Shown: piece by piece, positions 46,776 through 56,734 of the stretch
How the letters are laid out: every line of letters starts with the position of its first letter
Position numbering within the stretch: position 1 is the stretch's first letter
Source of the DNA: Acidimicrobiia bacterium
Lineage (GTDB): Bacteria > Actinomycetota > Acidimicrobiia > Spongiisociales > ZC4RG35
Direction: 5' to 3'
DNA: 59,820 bases
Assembly (NCBI GenBank): GCA_041744795.1
Contig: JBGTKD010000044.1
Coordinates: 1 to 59,820 of the forward strand
Made by a program: the position numbers and the translations under genes
Notes under the pieces: generated by a model
Database searches by the model: none
Told to the model about the DNA's origin: nothing
Seen by the model: the letters and a program-made list of their open reading frames with translations, nothing else

Positions 46776-48297
46776 CGGGGGCCTCGTCGCCGAGCTCGGA
46801 ACCATCCGAATCCAGGCGCTTGAGGGGTCGCGTGGCAGGGCCTTCGAGCACTTCGCCGTCGATAGAGAAACGGGATCCGTGGCACGGGCAATCCCAGGTG
46901 TTTTCCGCGTCGTTCCATTGAACGGTGCATGCCAAGTGGGTGCAAGTCAACGAAACGACATGCAGGCCGCCGCCAGGATCTCGATACGCCCCAACGGTGG
47001 CATCGCCCGCGTCGACCATTCCCCCTTGTCCCTCTCGAAGTTCCCCTATATCTGGGGCGCGGAAGCGCGCGGAGTGGCCGGTGACGAACTCGATTCCCAC
47101 TTTGGCGTTGTCGATGAGCGCCTTGGCCACACCCCGCCGATCGGGTAACCGCGTCGCTGAGAAGGTGGATAGCCACGGGTTGGACTTGCCAGTGATGGAG
47201 TCCGCCAGCATTCTGCCTGCCGCCGTACCGTTCGTGAGCCCCCACTTGTTGAATCCGGTCGCCACGCTCACGTGTCGGCTCCGGGGGGATCTGCCGACGT
47301 AGGGGAGACCATCGATTGAGGCGTAGTCCTGTCCTGACCAGCGGTAAGCAAACTCGGCGACGTCGAAGTGTGCCCTGGACCACTGCTCCAGGGCACCCCA
47401 CCGTTGCGGGCTTGCATCGCCAGACACGGTGGGGTGGCCCCCGCCCACCACAATGAGACCGCGGTCGCCCCAGGGCCGCAGGGAGCGGGTTGGGTCGTCC
47501 AATGAGAGGTACATGCCTTCCGGAGGGCGCTGGTTGAGGCGCAAGGCGAGTCCGTACCCTCGCACTGGGCGAGTCTTGGCGAAAAAGCCGCCTCGGTCGA
47601 CGAATGGCAGCAGCGTTGCGACCACGACCTCTTTGGTAACAACGTCACCGCGGTCGGTACGTACGATCGTCCCGCCATCGGTCTCCTCCACCCCCAGCGC
47701 CCTCGTTCTCTCGAAGATGGCCCCGCCTTCGGTTTGAACGAGGCTCGCAAGGCCCGCGCCGTAACGACCGGGATGAATGTGGGCCTGGTCAGAGAACCGT
47801 ATGGCCATCTTGAAGTCGAACGGCAACGCGCTCTCGTGGGTGAGTTCGGAGGGGAGCCCAAGACTGATGGCTGCCGCATGCTCGGCCTCGAGGAGATGGC
47901 GTTTGTCCGGTTCAAGTGTGTAGACGAAAGCGGACGCTCGGTGGAACTCGACTGCCGGTCCGACCTGCTTGGCAACCTCAGAGACGAATTCGATGGCCCA
48001 CTGGTTGGCGTCCGCGTAGTTCTGGGCGACCCGTGTCCCGTGACGATCGATGAGTTTCCGGTAGATGAGACCGTGCTGGGACGTGATCTTGCCGGTGGTA
48101 TGACCGGTCGTTCCTGCCGCGATGTGGCGGGCTTCGATGACCGCAACGCTCATCCCGCCCCGTAGCAGCAAGAGTGCGGCTGTCAGCCCCGTGATACCCG
48201 CGCCGATCACGACCACGTCCACGCGTGGGGTCGAGTCGAGGGGTGGGTATTCCACAGTTTCTGTGGTGTCGATCCACACTGAACGTCGTTGCGACAC
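46765..48297 (-). CDS. FAD-dependent oxidoreductase with C-terminal Rieske domain
   Basis: GAGITG, GTTGHTTGK, GFNKWG; Rieske CTHLAC...CPCHGS. Confidence 0.9.
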   Translation of the reverse strand: MSQRRSVWIDTTETVEYPPLDSTPRVDVVVIGAGITGLTAALLLLRGGMSVAVIEARHIAAGTTGHTTGKITSQHGLIYRKLIDRHGTRVAQNYADANQWAIEFVSEVAKQVGPAVEFHRASAFVYTLEPDKRHLLEAEHAAAISLGLPSELTHESALPFDFKMAIRFSDQAHIHPGRYGAGLASLVQTEGGAIFERTRALGVEETDGGTIVRTDRGDVVTKEVVVATLLPFVDRGGFFAKTRPVRGYGLALRLNQRPPEGMYLSLDDPTRSLRPWGDRGLIVVGGGHPTVSGDASPQRWGALEQWSRAHFDVAEFAYRWSGQDYASIDGLPYVGRSPRSRHVSVATGFNKWGLTNGTAAGRMLADSITGKSNPWLSTFSATRLPDRRGVAKALIDNAKVGIEFVTGHSARFRAPDIGELREGQGGMVDAGDATVGAYRDPGGGLHVVSLTCTHLACTVQWNDAENTWDCPCHGSRFSIDGEVLEGPATRPLKRLDSDGSELGDEAPASS

Positions 48298-48365
48298 GCA
48301 GAGATTTTCTCACAAGCTCCCCCCTACACGACTTCGACGTTTCAGACCGCCGTACCGTGTCTGAC

Positions 48366-48734
48366 TTAGGCGGGGGCTTCGTATTCGAGGGCGACGGGTG
48401 ACACGAGTAAGTGGCGGCCGTCATGGCTGATGGCAAGTCCTGGGGCGGCTTCCAGCCAGGTGCGCGGCGGGAGAGCCTTGAGGAGGTCTCGAGAAGCGCC
48501 ACGCGGCGCCTTGTAGAGCATCACCTCTGGTCCGGGCGCACTCACTCCTGGCAGGGTTGCGACAAGGTCGAACATCCCGAATACTTCTGCCATGCCGTCG
48601 AACGCCTGGATTGCCGCACCGTGGCGGAACCAGTCAAGTGTGCCGCAGTCGGCACACGCCGCTACTTGGATATCTGCCGTGACGTGATGCAGAACGTGGG
48701 TGCAGTCGATCGAGGAGCGGTCTTTCGTGTCCAT
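48366..48734 (-). CDS. Hypothetical protein (122 aa) with CxxC
   Basis: Leaderless ATG 6 nt after TACGTT; C.H..H...CADC; fills the intergenic gap. Confidence 0.65.
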   Translation of the reverse strand: MDTKDRSSIDCTHVLHHVTADIQVAACADCGTLDWFRHGAAIQAFDGMAEVFGMFDLVATLPGVSAPGPEVMLYKAPRGASRDLLKALPPRTWLEAAPGLAISHDGRHLLVSPVALEYEAPA

Positions 48735-48740
48735 GCCCCC

Positions 48741-48762
48741 AACGTACGAGAGGGGTACGACA
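48741..48762 (-). promoter_or_regulatory. PafBC/RecA-NDp-like promoter (TGTCG-type upstream element, N10, TAnnnT)
   Basis: Minus strand TGTCGT ACCCCTCTCG TACGTT GGGGGC ATG. Confidence 0.6.
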
Positions 48763-48782
48763 GAATCGCGATCCTGAGCCGT

Positions 48783-49286
48783 CTAGCTGTCTTCGCGGTC
48801 GGTGTCCTCGGTGCGGGAGGCGGGCACCAGCACGAGAGGACAGTGGGTGCGCTCCATGACCCTGGCCGAGACGCTCGTCCACGCCTGCTCGGTGAACAGC
48901 CGGCGGGTAGCCCCCATCATGATGATGCCGGCATTGAGATCGAGTGCCGTCGTAACTATTGCGTCCACCGGGTCGGGACCTTCGACGAACGTGATGTGAG
49001 GTTCGATGCCTCTGGCGCGTAGAGCGGCGACGACCGGTTCCACCGCCCGGCGACCGCGTTCTTCGAGGTATGTGAGGGTTTTCATCTCGGCGGTATCCGT
49101 CTGCCAGTCGCCCTGGTCCAGAAACGAGCGGCGCTCGTCCTCGTCCATCGATTCGAGAAACATCCTGGGGACCTGGATGACGGTCATGACTGTCACTTTG
49201 TCATCTTCGACCGTCACAAACTGGCGACAGAGGTCGGCGCTTGATCCCGGCGGGAGCACCCCGGTCGTGGCGATGAGGACGTGCAC
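48783..49286 (-). CDS. Universal stress protein
   Basis: VLIATTG, G.DPVDAI, IIMMGA, SVSARV...HCPLVLVP; leaderless TAATCT. Confidence 0.85.
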   Translation of the reverse strand: MHVLIATTGVLPPGSSADLCRQFVTVEDDKVTVMTVIQVPRMFLESMDEDERRSFLDQGDWQTDTAEMKTLTYLEERGRRAVEPVVAALRARGIEPHITFVEGPDPVDAIVTTALDLNAGIIMMGATRRLFTEQAWTSVSARVMERTHCPLVLVPASRTEDTDREDS

Positions 49287-49342
49287 GCCTGGCAGATTAG
49301 GCCTTTGTGGTCCTAAGGGTCTCTCCGCCTACCCTCGACCGA

Positions 49343-49840
49343 ATGGATGACGCCACCGTCAACAAAGTCACCTGGAAGATCCCGAACGCGCTGGCCCTTG
49401 TTGGTGCCAGGGCCGGCGACGAGTGGAACGCGATGACGACCTCTTGGATCACCCAGCTTTCGATGGAACCAGTGCTTGTTGGTATCGGAGTGGACAATTC
49501 TGCACTGACTCACCGCCTGATCACCGACGGTGGATCCTTCACCGTGAACTTGTGGTCGGCGGAGGACACTCGAACGTTTGTGAAGTTTTCCAAGCCGGCC
49601 ACCAAAGACGGAATGACCCTCAACGAGAGACCTATCCGCGAAGGCGTGACGGGCGCACCCATCTTCGAGGAGGCGATCGCCTGGATGGAATGTGAGGTGC
49701 GGTCGAGCCATGACTTCGGCACCCACACGTTGTTCGCCGGCGAGATTGTCGACGCCGGAGTCATCGACGAGGATCAAAGGGCCGCAGCCGTGAGTGATAC
49801 ACGAATGAAATATGGCGGCGTCAAGCGCGGCGGACACTGA
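49343..49840 (+). CDS. Flavin reductase-like protein
   Basis: NAMTTSWITQ.S.EP, TGAP....AIAW.EC, GTHTLF.GE; leaderless TACCCT-N7-ATG. Confidence 0.85.
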   Translation: MDDATVNKVTWKIPNALALVGARAGDEWNAMTTSWITQLSMEPVLVGIGVDNSALTHRLITDGGSFTVNLWSAEDTRTFVKFSKPATKDGMTLNERPIREGVTGAPIFEEAIAWMECEVRSSHDFGTHTLFAGEIVDAGVIDEDQRAAAVSDTRMKYGGVKRGGH

Positions 49841-49855
49841 GAGATTCGAGGGCTG

Positions 49856-50623
49856 ATGCAGTTAACCGTCACCGACAAGATCGCAATCGTCACGGGGGCA
49901 ACAAGAGGCATCGGCTTGGCCACTGCCCGTATGTTCCTGGAGAGTGGCGCGAACGGTGTGACGATCACCTCTCGTCGGCCAGAGAACGTCGAGGCGGCGG
50001 CGTCCGAGCTCGAAGAATTCGGCGAGGGTCGGGTCCTAGCGCTGGCTGCCAGAGCCGACGACGACGAGGAGGCTGAGCGCACCGTCACAGCCACTCTCGA
50101 TCGCTTCGGGAGTCTCGACATCCTTGTGAACAACGCAGGGACCAACCCTTCCGGCGGTCCGATCACAGATGTCGATATGGGCGCAATCGACAAGACATGG
50201 CTCGTGAATCAGCGAGCACCGCTTGTCTGGTCCCGTCTCGCCTATCACGCCTGGATGGCCCAGAACGGGGGCGCCATCGTCAACGTGGCTTCCGTTGGGG
50301 GACTAAGACCCAGTCCTTTCATCGGGGCTTATAACGTTTCGAAGGCGGCGCTCATCCATCTGACTCACCAATTGGCATTGGAACTTGCACCGAAGGTGAG
50401 GGTCAACGCGGTGGCGCCCGGGGTGGTCAAAACCAAACTCTCTGAAGCGTTGTGGGCCGACGAGGCCGCTGCCGCCCGCGCTCATCCTTTAGCTCGGCTG
50501 GGTGTGCCCGATGACGTAGCGACCGCGATCACGTTCCTCGCCTCGGATCAAGCCAGCTGGCTCACAGGTGTCGTGTTGCCGGTGGACGGCGGAGTGTCTG
50601 GCGCGAGCGGTTCGCTTGCGTGA
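49856..50623 (+). CDS. SDR oxidoreductase
   Basis: TGATRGIG, NNAG, YNVSK, VDGG. Confidence 0.9.
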   Translation: MQLTVTDKIAIVTGATRGIGLATARMFLESGANGVTITSRRPENVEAAASELEEFGEGRVLALAARADDDEEAERTVTATLDRFGSLDILVNNAGTNPSGGPITDVDMGAIDKTWLVNQRAPLVWSRLAYHAWMAQNGGAIVNVASVGGLRPSPFIGAYNVSKAALIHLTHQLALELAPKVRVNAVAPGVVKTKLSEALWADEAAAARAHPLARLGVPDDVATAITFLASDQASWLTGVVLPVDGGVSGASGSLA

Positions 50624-50648
50624 GATCTGACGCTGATACGGTTCGGCG

Positions 50649-51788
50649 ATGACTGTGCACGCTCCGCCTGACCGCGAGCAAGCTATTGCCTATCTCGACG
50701 GGAAGATCGAGGCCGGTCCGTTGTTCGCTGAGGCGACGAGGCTCCGTCACCTTGGACACGGGGACATCGTGACCTACAGCCGCAAGGTCTTCATCCCTCT
50801 CACGACGCTATGTCGCGACGTCTGCACCTATTGCACGTTTGCCAAGCCACCCGGAGCCGGCGGCATGTACCTCGAACCGGCGGACGTCCTCGCCATTGCT
50901 CGGGCGGGGGACGAGAGAGGATGTACAGAAGCCCTATTCACCCTGGGAGACCGCCCTGAGGACCGCTGGCCCCAGGCGCGCGAATTCCTTGCCGCCCACG
51001 GTCATGACACAACTCTGGGATACGTGGAAGAGATGTCCCGTCTAGTGGTTTCTGAAACAGGACTGTTTCCGCATGCCAATCCCGGTGTCATGTCGGCGGC
51101 CGAGATCCGCATGTTGCGGCCGTCCAACGTGTCGATGGGGATGATGCTCGAGAACATCTCGCCGCGTCTGACCGAACCGGGGATGCCCCATTGCGGAAGC
51201 CCCGACAAAGAACCGCACGTCAGGGTGAAGACCATCGAGGCGGCCGGCCAGGAGAGAGTGCCCTTCACGACGGGCATCCTCGTCGGGATCGGCGAGACGA
51301 ACACCGAGATCGTCGACTCTCTAATAGCCCTCGCTTCACTCCATGAGTCGGGCAGACACATCCAGGAGGTGATCGTCCAGAACTTCCGGGCGAAAGCCGA
51401 CACCCGGATGCGTGGTCACGCCGAGCCGATTCCTGCCTGGTTCGCCAGGGTTGTTGCGGTCGCCCGCTGGATTCTGGGTCCTGAGATGAACATTCAGGTA
51501 CCCCCGAATCTGACCGAGAGGTTCGAGCCGTATCTCGACGCCGGGATCAACGACTGGGGGGGCGTTTCGCCTCTCACGATCGACTTCGTCAATCCCGAGG
51601 CGCCATGGCCTCATCTCGACGAACTGGCGGCCAGAACCGAAGGGGCGGGGTATCGCCTTCTCCCACGCCTTCCTGTCTATCCCGAATTCATGGGCGACGA
51701 ATGGATCGACCCCGGACTGAGGCGCAAGCTGGAAGGCTCGATAGACGACGAGGGCTATGCCCTTTCCTTGGAAGGATCCACCCGATGA
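50649..51788 (+). CDS. cofG: FO synthase subunit CofG (radical SAM)
   Basis: VTYSRKVFIPLT, CRDVCTYC, EALFTLGD, PHANPG, PFTTGILVGIGE, QEVIVQNF, AGINDWGGVSP.T.D.VNPE.PWP. Confidence 0.92.
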   Translation: MTVHAPPDREQAIAYLDGKIEAGPLFAEATRLRHLGHGDIVTYSRKVFIPLTTLCRDVCTYCTFAKPPGAGGMYLEPADVLAIARAGDERGCTEALFTLGDRPEDRWPQAREFLAAHGHDTTLGYVEEMSRLVVSETGLFPHANPGVMSAAEIRMLRPSNVSMGMMLENISPRLTEPGMPHCGSPDKEPHVRVKTIEAAGQERVPFTTGILVGIGETNTEIVDSLIALASLHESGRHIQEVIVQNFRAKADTRMRGHAEPIPAWFARVVAVARWILGPEMNIQVPPNLTERFEPYLDAGINDWGGVSPLTIDFVNPEAPWPHLDELAARTEGAGYRLLPRLPVYPEFMGDEWIDPGLRRKLEGSIDDEGYALSLEGSTR

Positions 51789-53629
51789 AAGTCACCTTCG
51801 TTCGCTCTCGACCGGCCACAGACATCAGTTCGATCTCCGCCGCCACCCGTCGGAGGGAAGGCACGACCGTCGTCGAGATCGATCAACCGAGCGAGGCGGC
51901 TATCTCGGAAGCTGCAGCCGAGCGGCTGTTGGTGGCATCAGGTTCAGCCGGTCATCCCGCTCCAGCGTTTGTGATCAAGCCTTCTCAGGCGCCCGCTCTA
52001 GAACGGGCATCGATCAGCGGATGGCGGGTGACCGTGCTGGCGGATGAATCGTGGGAATCCACACTCGATGCGGTCGCTCGGCTGAGAGCAGCCTATTTGC
52101 GGGTCGGCCGGTCCTCGGTTGCCGATTGGGTCAAGCGCACTGAGCTTCCCGGACTGAACACGACGGTTTCGGTCTTCGTGGACGACGTTGCCCAGGCGCT
52201 GGCCGCGGTCGAGGCAGGTGCGCGGGACCTTGTCCTTCGGGATTGGAGCGGCGAGCGAATCGGCGAGTTGCGCGAGGTGCTGGACGGGCTGGTTGAGCGA
52301 ACCGCCTTCCCGTTGGGCGTCGAGATCGACAGCGCTCGCGCTGATTTGAGTTCGGGATGGTTCACGGCATGGCTGCAGCAGGTCGACGCTTCAGGGGCGG
52401 CGCGACCGCGATACTCGTGGGCGCCCGGCAAGGACGAGAGTCCGCCGGTGCCCGCTGGCCGAATCTCCGCAGAATGGTCGGACAGTCTTTGGATTGATGG
52501 GTCGGCTCCCCAACAACTCGATGGCGCAGGCGACCTCCGTCCGATCCTGGAGAGGTCGCTGGCTGGCAATCGTCCGACGGTGGTCGAGCTTGAGGCGCTT
52601 TTCGGCGCCAGAGGAGACCAGGTGGATGCTGTGGCCTGGACTGCGGACTCGCTCCGGCGCAGAGTGTGCGGCGACGATGTCAGCTACGTCATCAATCGCA
52701 ACATCAACTACACCAACATGTGCTATTTCCGTTGTGGATTCTGCGCGTTCTCCAAGGGTCCTCGCAGCCTGAACCTGCGGGGCGACCCCTATCTGATGGG
52801 CATCCCCGAGATCGTCGAGTGGTCCCAGGAAGCCTGGGATCGGGGAGCGACAGAGGTCACTTTGCAAGGCGGGATTCATCCGGAATTCACAGGTGACTTC
52901 TACGTCGGTGTCGTCGAAGCGATCAAGGCGCGGCTCCCGGAGATGCACATCCACGGGTTCACCCCGCTTGAGGTGTGGCAGGGGGCAGAAACGCTTGGCG
53001 TTCCCGTCAAGGATTTTCTACAAAGGCTCCACGCGGCCGGTCTTGGTTCTCTGCCTGGCACAGCAGCCGAGATCCTGGACGATGACGTCAGGGTGTTTCT
53101 CTGCCCAGACAAGATCAGGACGTCGCAGTGGGCTGAGGTGATGATCACCGCTCATGAGATGGGTTTGCGAGCGACGGCCACCGTCATGTTCGGCCACATC
53201 GATCACCCCCGGTCGTGGGCCAACCATTACGAGGTCATCCGAAAGATCCAACAACGAACCGGGGGTTTCACCGAGTTCGTACCTCTGCCTTTCGTCCACA
53301 TGGGCTCTCCCATCTTTTTGCGAGGTCTCTCACGCCCAGGCCCAACCTGGGATGAGACCGTCCTGATCCACTCCGTAGCTCGTATCGCTTTTGATGGTCT
53401 CATCGACAACATCCAGGCTTCCTGGGTGAAGCTCGGACTAGACGGCGGAGCTCGTTTGTTGGATGCGGGCTGCAACGATCTGGGCGGAACGCTCATGGGT
53501 GAGATCATCACCCGGGCCGCCGGGGCCTCGCACGGCCAGGAGATGTCGCCGGCGGAGTTCGAATCCGCCATCCGCGGGGCGGGTCGGACGCCGGTCCTTC
53601 GCAACACCATCTATGCCCGAGTCGACTGA
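51785..53629 (+). CDS. cofH: FO synthase subunit CofH with a ~240-aa N-terminal degenerate CofG-like extension
   Basis: NRNINYTNMCYFRCGFC, QGGIHP, PGTAAEILDD, NIQASWVKLG, NDLGGTLM.E.I.RAAG; ATGA overlap with cofG. Confidence 0.9.
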   Translation: MKVTFVRSRPATDISSISAATRRREGTTVVEIDQPSEAAISEAAAERLLVASGSAGHPAPAFVIKPSQAPALERASISGWRVTVLADESWESTLDAVARLRAAYLRVGRSSVADWVKRTELPGLNTTVSVFVDDVAQALAAVEAGARDLVLRDWSGERIGELREVLDGLVERTAFPLGVEIDSARADLSSGWFTAWLQQVDASGAARPRYSWAPGKDESPPVPAGRISAEWSDSLWIDGSAPQQLDGAGDLRPILERSLAGNRPTVVELEALFGARGDQVDAVAWTADSLRRRVCGDDVSYVINRNINYTNMCYFRCGFCAFSKGPRSLNLRGDPYLMGIPEIVEWSQEAWDRGATEVTLQGGIHPEFTGDFYVGVVEAIKARLPEMHIHGFTPLEVWQGAETLGVPVKDFLQRLHAAGLGSLPGTAAEILDDDVRVFLCPDKIRTSQWAEVMITAHEMGLRATATVMFGHIDHPRSWANHYEVIRKIQQRTGGFTEFVPLPFVHMGSPIFLRGLSRPGPTWDETVLIHSVARIAFDGLIDNIQASWVKLGLDGGARLLDAGCNDLGGTLMGEIITRAAGASHGQEMSPAEFESAIRGAGRTPVLRNTIYARVD

Positions 53630-54195
53630 TGGGCTCTGTACTCGACCGCATCGACGATGATCTACGTGTCTGGATCGAGAGCCAGCCGGTGTTCTTCGTC
53701 GCTAGCGCTCCCTTGTCCGCTGACGGCCACGTCAACGTCTCTCCGAAGGGACTCAACTCCCTCCGCGTGACCGACGATCACACTGTTCGGTATCTCGATC
53801 TGACCGGAAGTGGCGCCGAGACCGTCGCCCACCTCAGAGAGAATGGCCGTCTGACGTTGATGTTCTGTGCGTTTGAGGGCAACCCTCGCATCATTCGGCT
53901 GTATGGCACCGGGGTGGCTCATCTCATTGACTCAGAGGGATTCGAAGCGCGAGTCGGCTCCTTTGAGGAAGTTCCACATTCGACTCGGGCGATCGTCGAG
54001 GTGGCCGTGTCCCGGATACAGAACTCATGCGGTTTCGGTGTCCCGCTCATGGGCCTCGTGGAGCCCCGCGACCGGCTCACCCAGTGGGGTGCGGCGAGAA
54101 CGGCAGATCAGCTTGTGGCTTACCGAGAAAACAAGAACTCGGTCTCGATCGACGGCTTGCCGTCAATTGGCGCTCAGTCGGAAGCGAGCGGGTAG
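53629..54195 (+). CDS. Pyridoxamine 5'-phosphate oxidase-like flavin-binding protein
   Basis: FFVASAP...NVSPKG, YLDLTGSG.ET.AH, MFCAF, SCGFGVP, SIDGLP. Confidence 0.85.
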   Translation: MGSVLDRIDDDLRVWIESQPVFFVASAPLSADGHVNVSPKGLNSLRVTDDHTVRYLDLTGSGAETVAHLRENGRLTLMFCAFEGNPRIIRLYGTGVAHLIDSEGFEARVGSFEEVPHSTRAIVEVAVSRIQNSCGFGVPLMGLVEPRDRLTQWGAARTADQLVAYRENKNSVSIDGLPSIGAQSEASG

Positions 54196-55379
54196 CCGGG
54201 GCGTCCGCGAGAAACCCAGTCGTCCCAAGCTGCTTCGATTCCGACGTCATGGCCGAAACCTTCGGACATGACGTAGCGGTGCAACAGCAGGTCACAGTAA
54301 GCCTGAATCGGATCGACAACGCCCGGAATTTGCCTGATCCGTTCCAGCATCGGCTCGAACACCGAGACTCGCCATTGGACCGCTGCAACGTTCTTGGCGG
54401 TGGCCGTCTTTCCGCCCTGATTCGCCTGGAAGTAATACAGGTCTGACAAGAGTTGTTTTGCTTGGTGTTCGAGGGCATCTATCCCAGTGAGCTCCTTCAG
54501 ACGGTTGGCGTGGAAGGTTCGACCGCCGACTTTGAGTTTGAGCTTCAAGCGCGACCCGCCTGCATCCTGCGGGATCAAGTCGATCTCTTCGACGTGGAAT
54601 CCCAAGTCGTTGAGCCGTTCGATTCTGTTGCCAATCCGATAGCGCTCATCCACCGCAATGGTCGGTTCTGCCGTGAGTTCGGTCCACAGCCCGTGGTACC
54701 GCTCAGCGATGTCTTCGCCGAGGGCGAGGTCTGCGTAGTCGATGTCGACTCCGTGGGAAGCGGCGATGTCTGCCATGCCCCCCGCCACGTTGATGATCAT
54801 GATCTCGATGTCCTCGTGCCGTCTTCCGTCGGTAATCATCCCCTCTTCGAACACGACTGCGGTTTCCGCGTCAACCATCACCGTCTCGATCGCCTCAGCA
54901 TCGAAGCGGTAGAGGACGTTCGAGAGGGAACAATCACCCCAGAACACCCCGGCGAGGTGTAGTTCGACGAGTAGTCCGGCGAAGGCATCGAGCATTTGAG
55001 CCCGCCTCGCTCCGAAACCCGAACCCTCGACCAGTTCGCGGTAGGAGAACGAGAATGGCTCATACGCGGTGATCAGAGCGGCGGAACGCTCGGAGTAACG
55101 GTCGGGATCCCTCTTCTCGACCAGTCCGACGGGTCGCACTGCAGGTCCGCCGAATGACTCCAGTGAACGCAGGACTGTGTAGTCCTGGCGGGCGGCACGA
55201 GTCGGCAGTTCCTTGATGGCGTAGATGCCCGTGGGAAACTCGACGAACCGGACCTCATGTCGCGATATGCCCTTGGGCAGTTCGACGAAATTGTCGATCT
55301 CCCATTCGGACAGGGAGATATCCCAAGGAAGTTCGAGAAAGTCGGGGTGGCCCGCTCGGATCGTCAGTTCTGGCGGCAT
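54174..55379 (-). CDS. DUF4032 / Kdo-WaaP kinase-like protein
   Basis: LPW...L.EW, GISRH.VRF, YAIKE, FWGDCSLSN.L, VDAET, RI.RLN.LGF. Confidence 0.82.
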   Translation of the reverse strand: MPPELTIRAGHPDFLELPWDISLSEWEIDNFVELPKGISRHEVRFVEFPTGIYAIKELPTRAARQDYTVLRSLESFGGPAVRPVGLVEKRDPDRYSERSAALITAYEPFSFSYRELVEGSGFGARRAQMLDAFAGLLVELHLAGVFWGDCSLSNVLYRFDAEAIETVMVDAETAVVFEEGMITDGRRHEDIEIMIINVAGGMADIAASHGVDIDYADLALGEDIAERYHGLWTELTAEPTIAVDERYRIGNRIERLNDLGFHVEEIDLIPQDAGGSRLKLKLKVGGRTFHANRLKELTGIDALEHQAKQLLSDLYYFQANQGGKTATAKNVAAVQWRVSVFEPMLERIRQIPGVVDPIQAYCDLLLHRYVMSEGFGHDVGIEAAWDDWVSRGRPGYPLASD

Positions 55380-55398
55380 CGCGAGGGAACGCTAACCC

Positions 55399-56076
55399 TC
55401 ACAACATCGCGTAGTCGTCGTCAGCGGCGAGAGCCCATTCAGGATGGTTATCAAGCGCTGCGCGGATTTGGGCAGCGTGCGCACTTACAGAAACGATTGG
55501 CGGGGCGGGGTAAGGGCCAACGGAGAGAATCGTTCGAAGTCGGTCCGGCATGTGGGCATCGAGGATGGTCGAGTCGATGATCGCGCAGTCAGCCGACCCG
55601 TCAGCCACCATCTCGGTGGATGCCAGGTGGGACCCGGAAGCGACTGTCGAGGCGAAGAAGGACAAGTCGCGTCCGGTGGCGACCAGATGGTCCAGCATCA
55701 TGTGAAAACCCGATAGCGAGCTCTCCTCGTTGTAGGCGAACACGCTGTCCGCCAGGTCGTCGAACGAATTGTGGGGAGAGTCTGTGTGGACGATCACATC
55801 TCCGAAGTAGACGGGCATTCCTTCGAATCCCCCCCGATGCGAGCGAGGAGCAGCCACCGCCTCAAATTGCCAGTTCTCGGACCGGGAAAGATTCATGTGC
55901 AGGAAGCCGCACAGCCAGCCGACCCCGACCGCACCGCTCCGCAGCGCATCAAGACGATCCTCCCAGGGACCGCCGATCACTTCGGAATCCATGCCAGCAC
56001 TGACGAGGTCAGCGACAAGTCGACGAGCCTGTGGATCGGATGCGGACGACACGAGGGAAGTGAACCTGACGCTCAC
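55399..56076 (-). CDS. PhnD/phosphonate-binding-like protein lacking a signal peptide
   Basis: WLCG, PVYF..V.V, AYN...SLSG, GSH..S...V..G.AD.A.IDS, GPYPAPP; GTGA overlap with the upstream gene. Confidence 0.7.
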   Translation of the reverse strand: MSVRFTSLVSSASDPQARRLVADLVSAGMDSEVIGGPWEDRLDALRSGAVGVGWLCGFLHMNLSRSENWQFEAVAAPRSHRGGFEGMPVYFGDVIVHTDSPHNSFDDLADSVFAYNEESSLSGFHMMLDHLVATGRDLSFFASTVASGSHLASTEMVADGSADCAIIDSTILDAHMPDRLRTILSVGPYPAPPIVSVSAHAAQIRAALDNHPEWALAADDDYAML

Positions 56077-56711
56077 ACCAGTTCCCGCTGGGCTTTCCAT
56101 GTGGGGTCCGAGCGGTAGTCCCAGTATTTGACACGGGTGAGTTTCACGGCGCCTTCGGTGGCGATGTCGGCCACAGAGATCGAACCGTGGTAGATGCGCA
56201 CGAACGCGTAGTACTGCTTCGACAGATCGCCGGCGGCTACCGGGTGGGGAGGAATGTCCCTCCACAAACTGATTGTGTCTTGGGATCTCAACATCACGAG
56301 ATTGGCGTAGTTCAACTCGTCGGCGAGAAGATGGGTCGAGTACGCCAGGACGCCCTCCACCTGGGGGATGAGGTTGTCGAGTGCGTCGCTCATCTCAAGG
56401 ATGCCCTGGGCCACTTCTAGAGAAACCAGGTCCCGGCGTCTACCGAAAAACCCGACGACCGTGACTGTCTCGTACTTCGCCAACTCGCCAGGGCGGGGCA
56501 CGATGACGTGGCGGTACCAGTTCTCAACCGATGGGATCCACTCGTCGATCGGTCCGTTGGCGGCTTCTATGCGACGGTGCACGTCGCGGACCAGAAAGCA
56601 GAGGGTGGAGCGGTCCGCCGGGACATGATCCGGGTGGGCAAACAGCCGGTCTTCGACTACTTCATCGGGTGCCAAAACCACAGGGGCCGTGGCCACGCCG
56701 TTCTCCATCAA
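56073..56711 (-). CDS. Hypothetical protein, possibly a dimeric alpha+beta barrel (ABM-like)
   Basis: SD GAGGAGG; VGFFG.RR, G.LAYS, NYANLV, W...P.H..A, YY..VRI..G pattern. Confidence 0.6.
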   Translation of the reverse strand: MMENGVATAPVVLAPDEVVEDRLFAHPDHVPADRSTLCFLVRDVHRRIEAANGPIDEWIPSVENWYRHVIVPRPGELAKYETVTVVGFFGRRRDLVSLEVAQGILEMSDALDNLIPQVEGVLAYSTHLLADELNYANLVMLRSQDTISLWRDIPPHPVAAGDLSKQYYAFVRIYHGSISVADIATEGAVKLTRVKYWDYRSDPTWKAQRELV

Positions 56712-56734
56712 TCCTCCTCGGGACCGTCGAAGGG

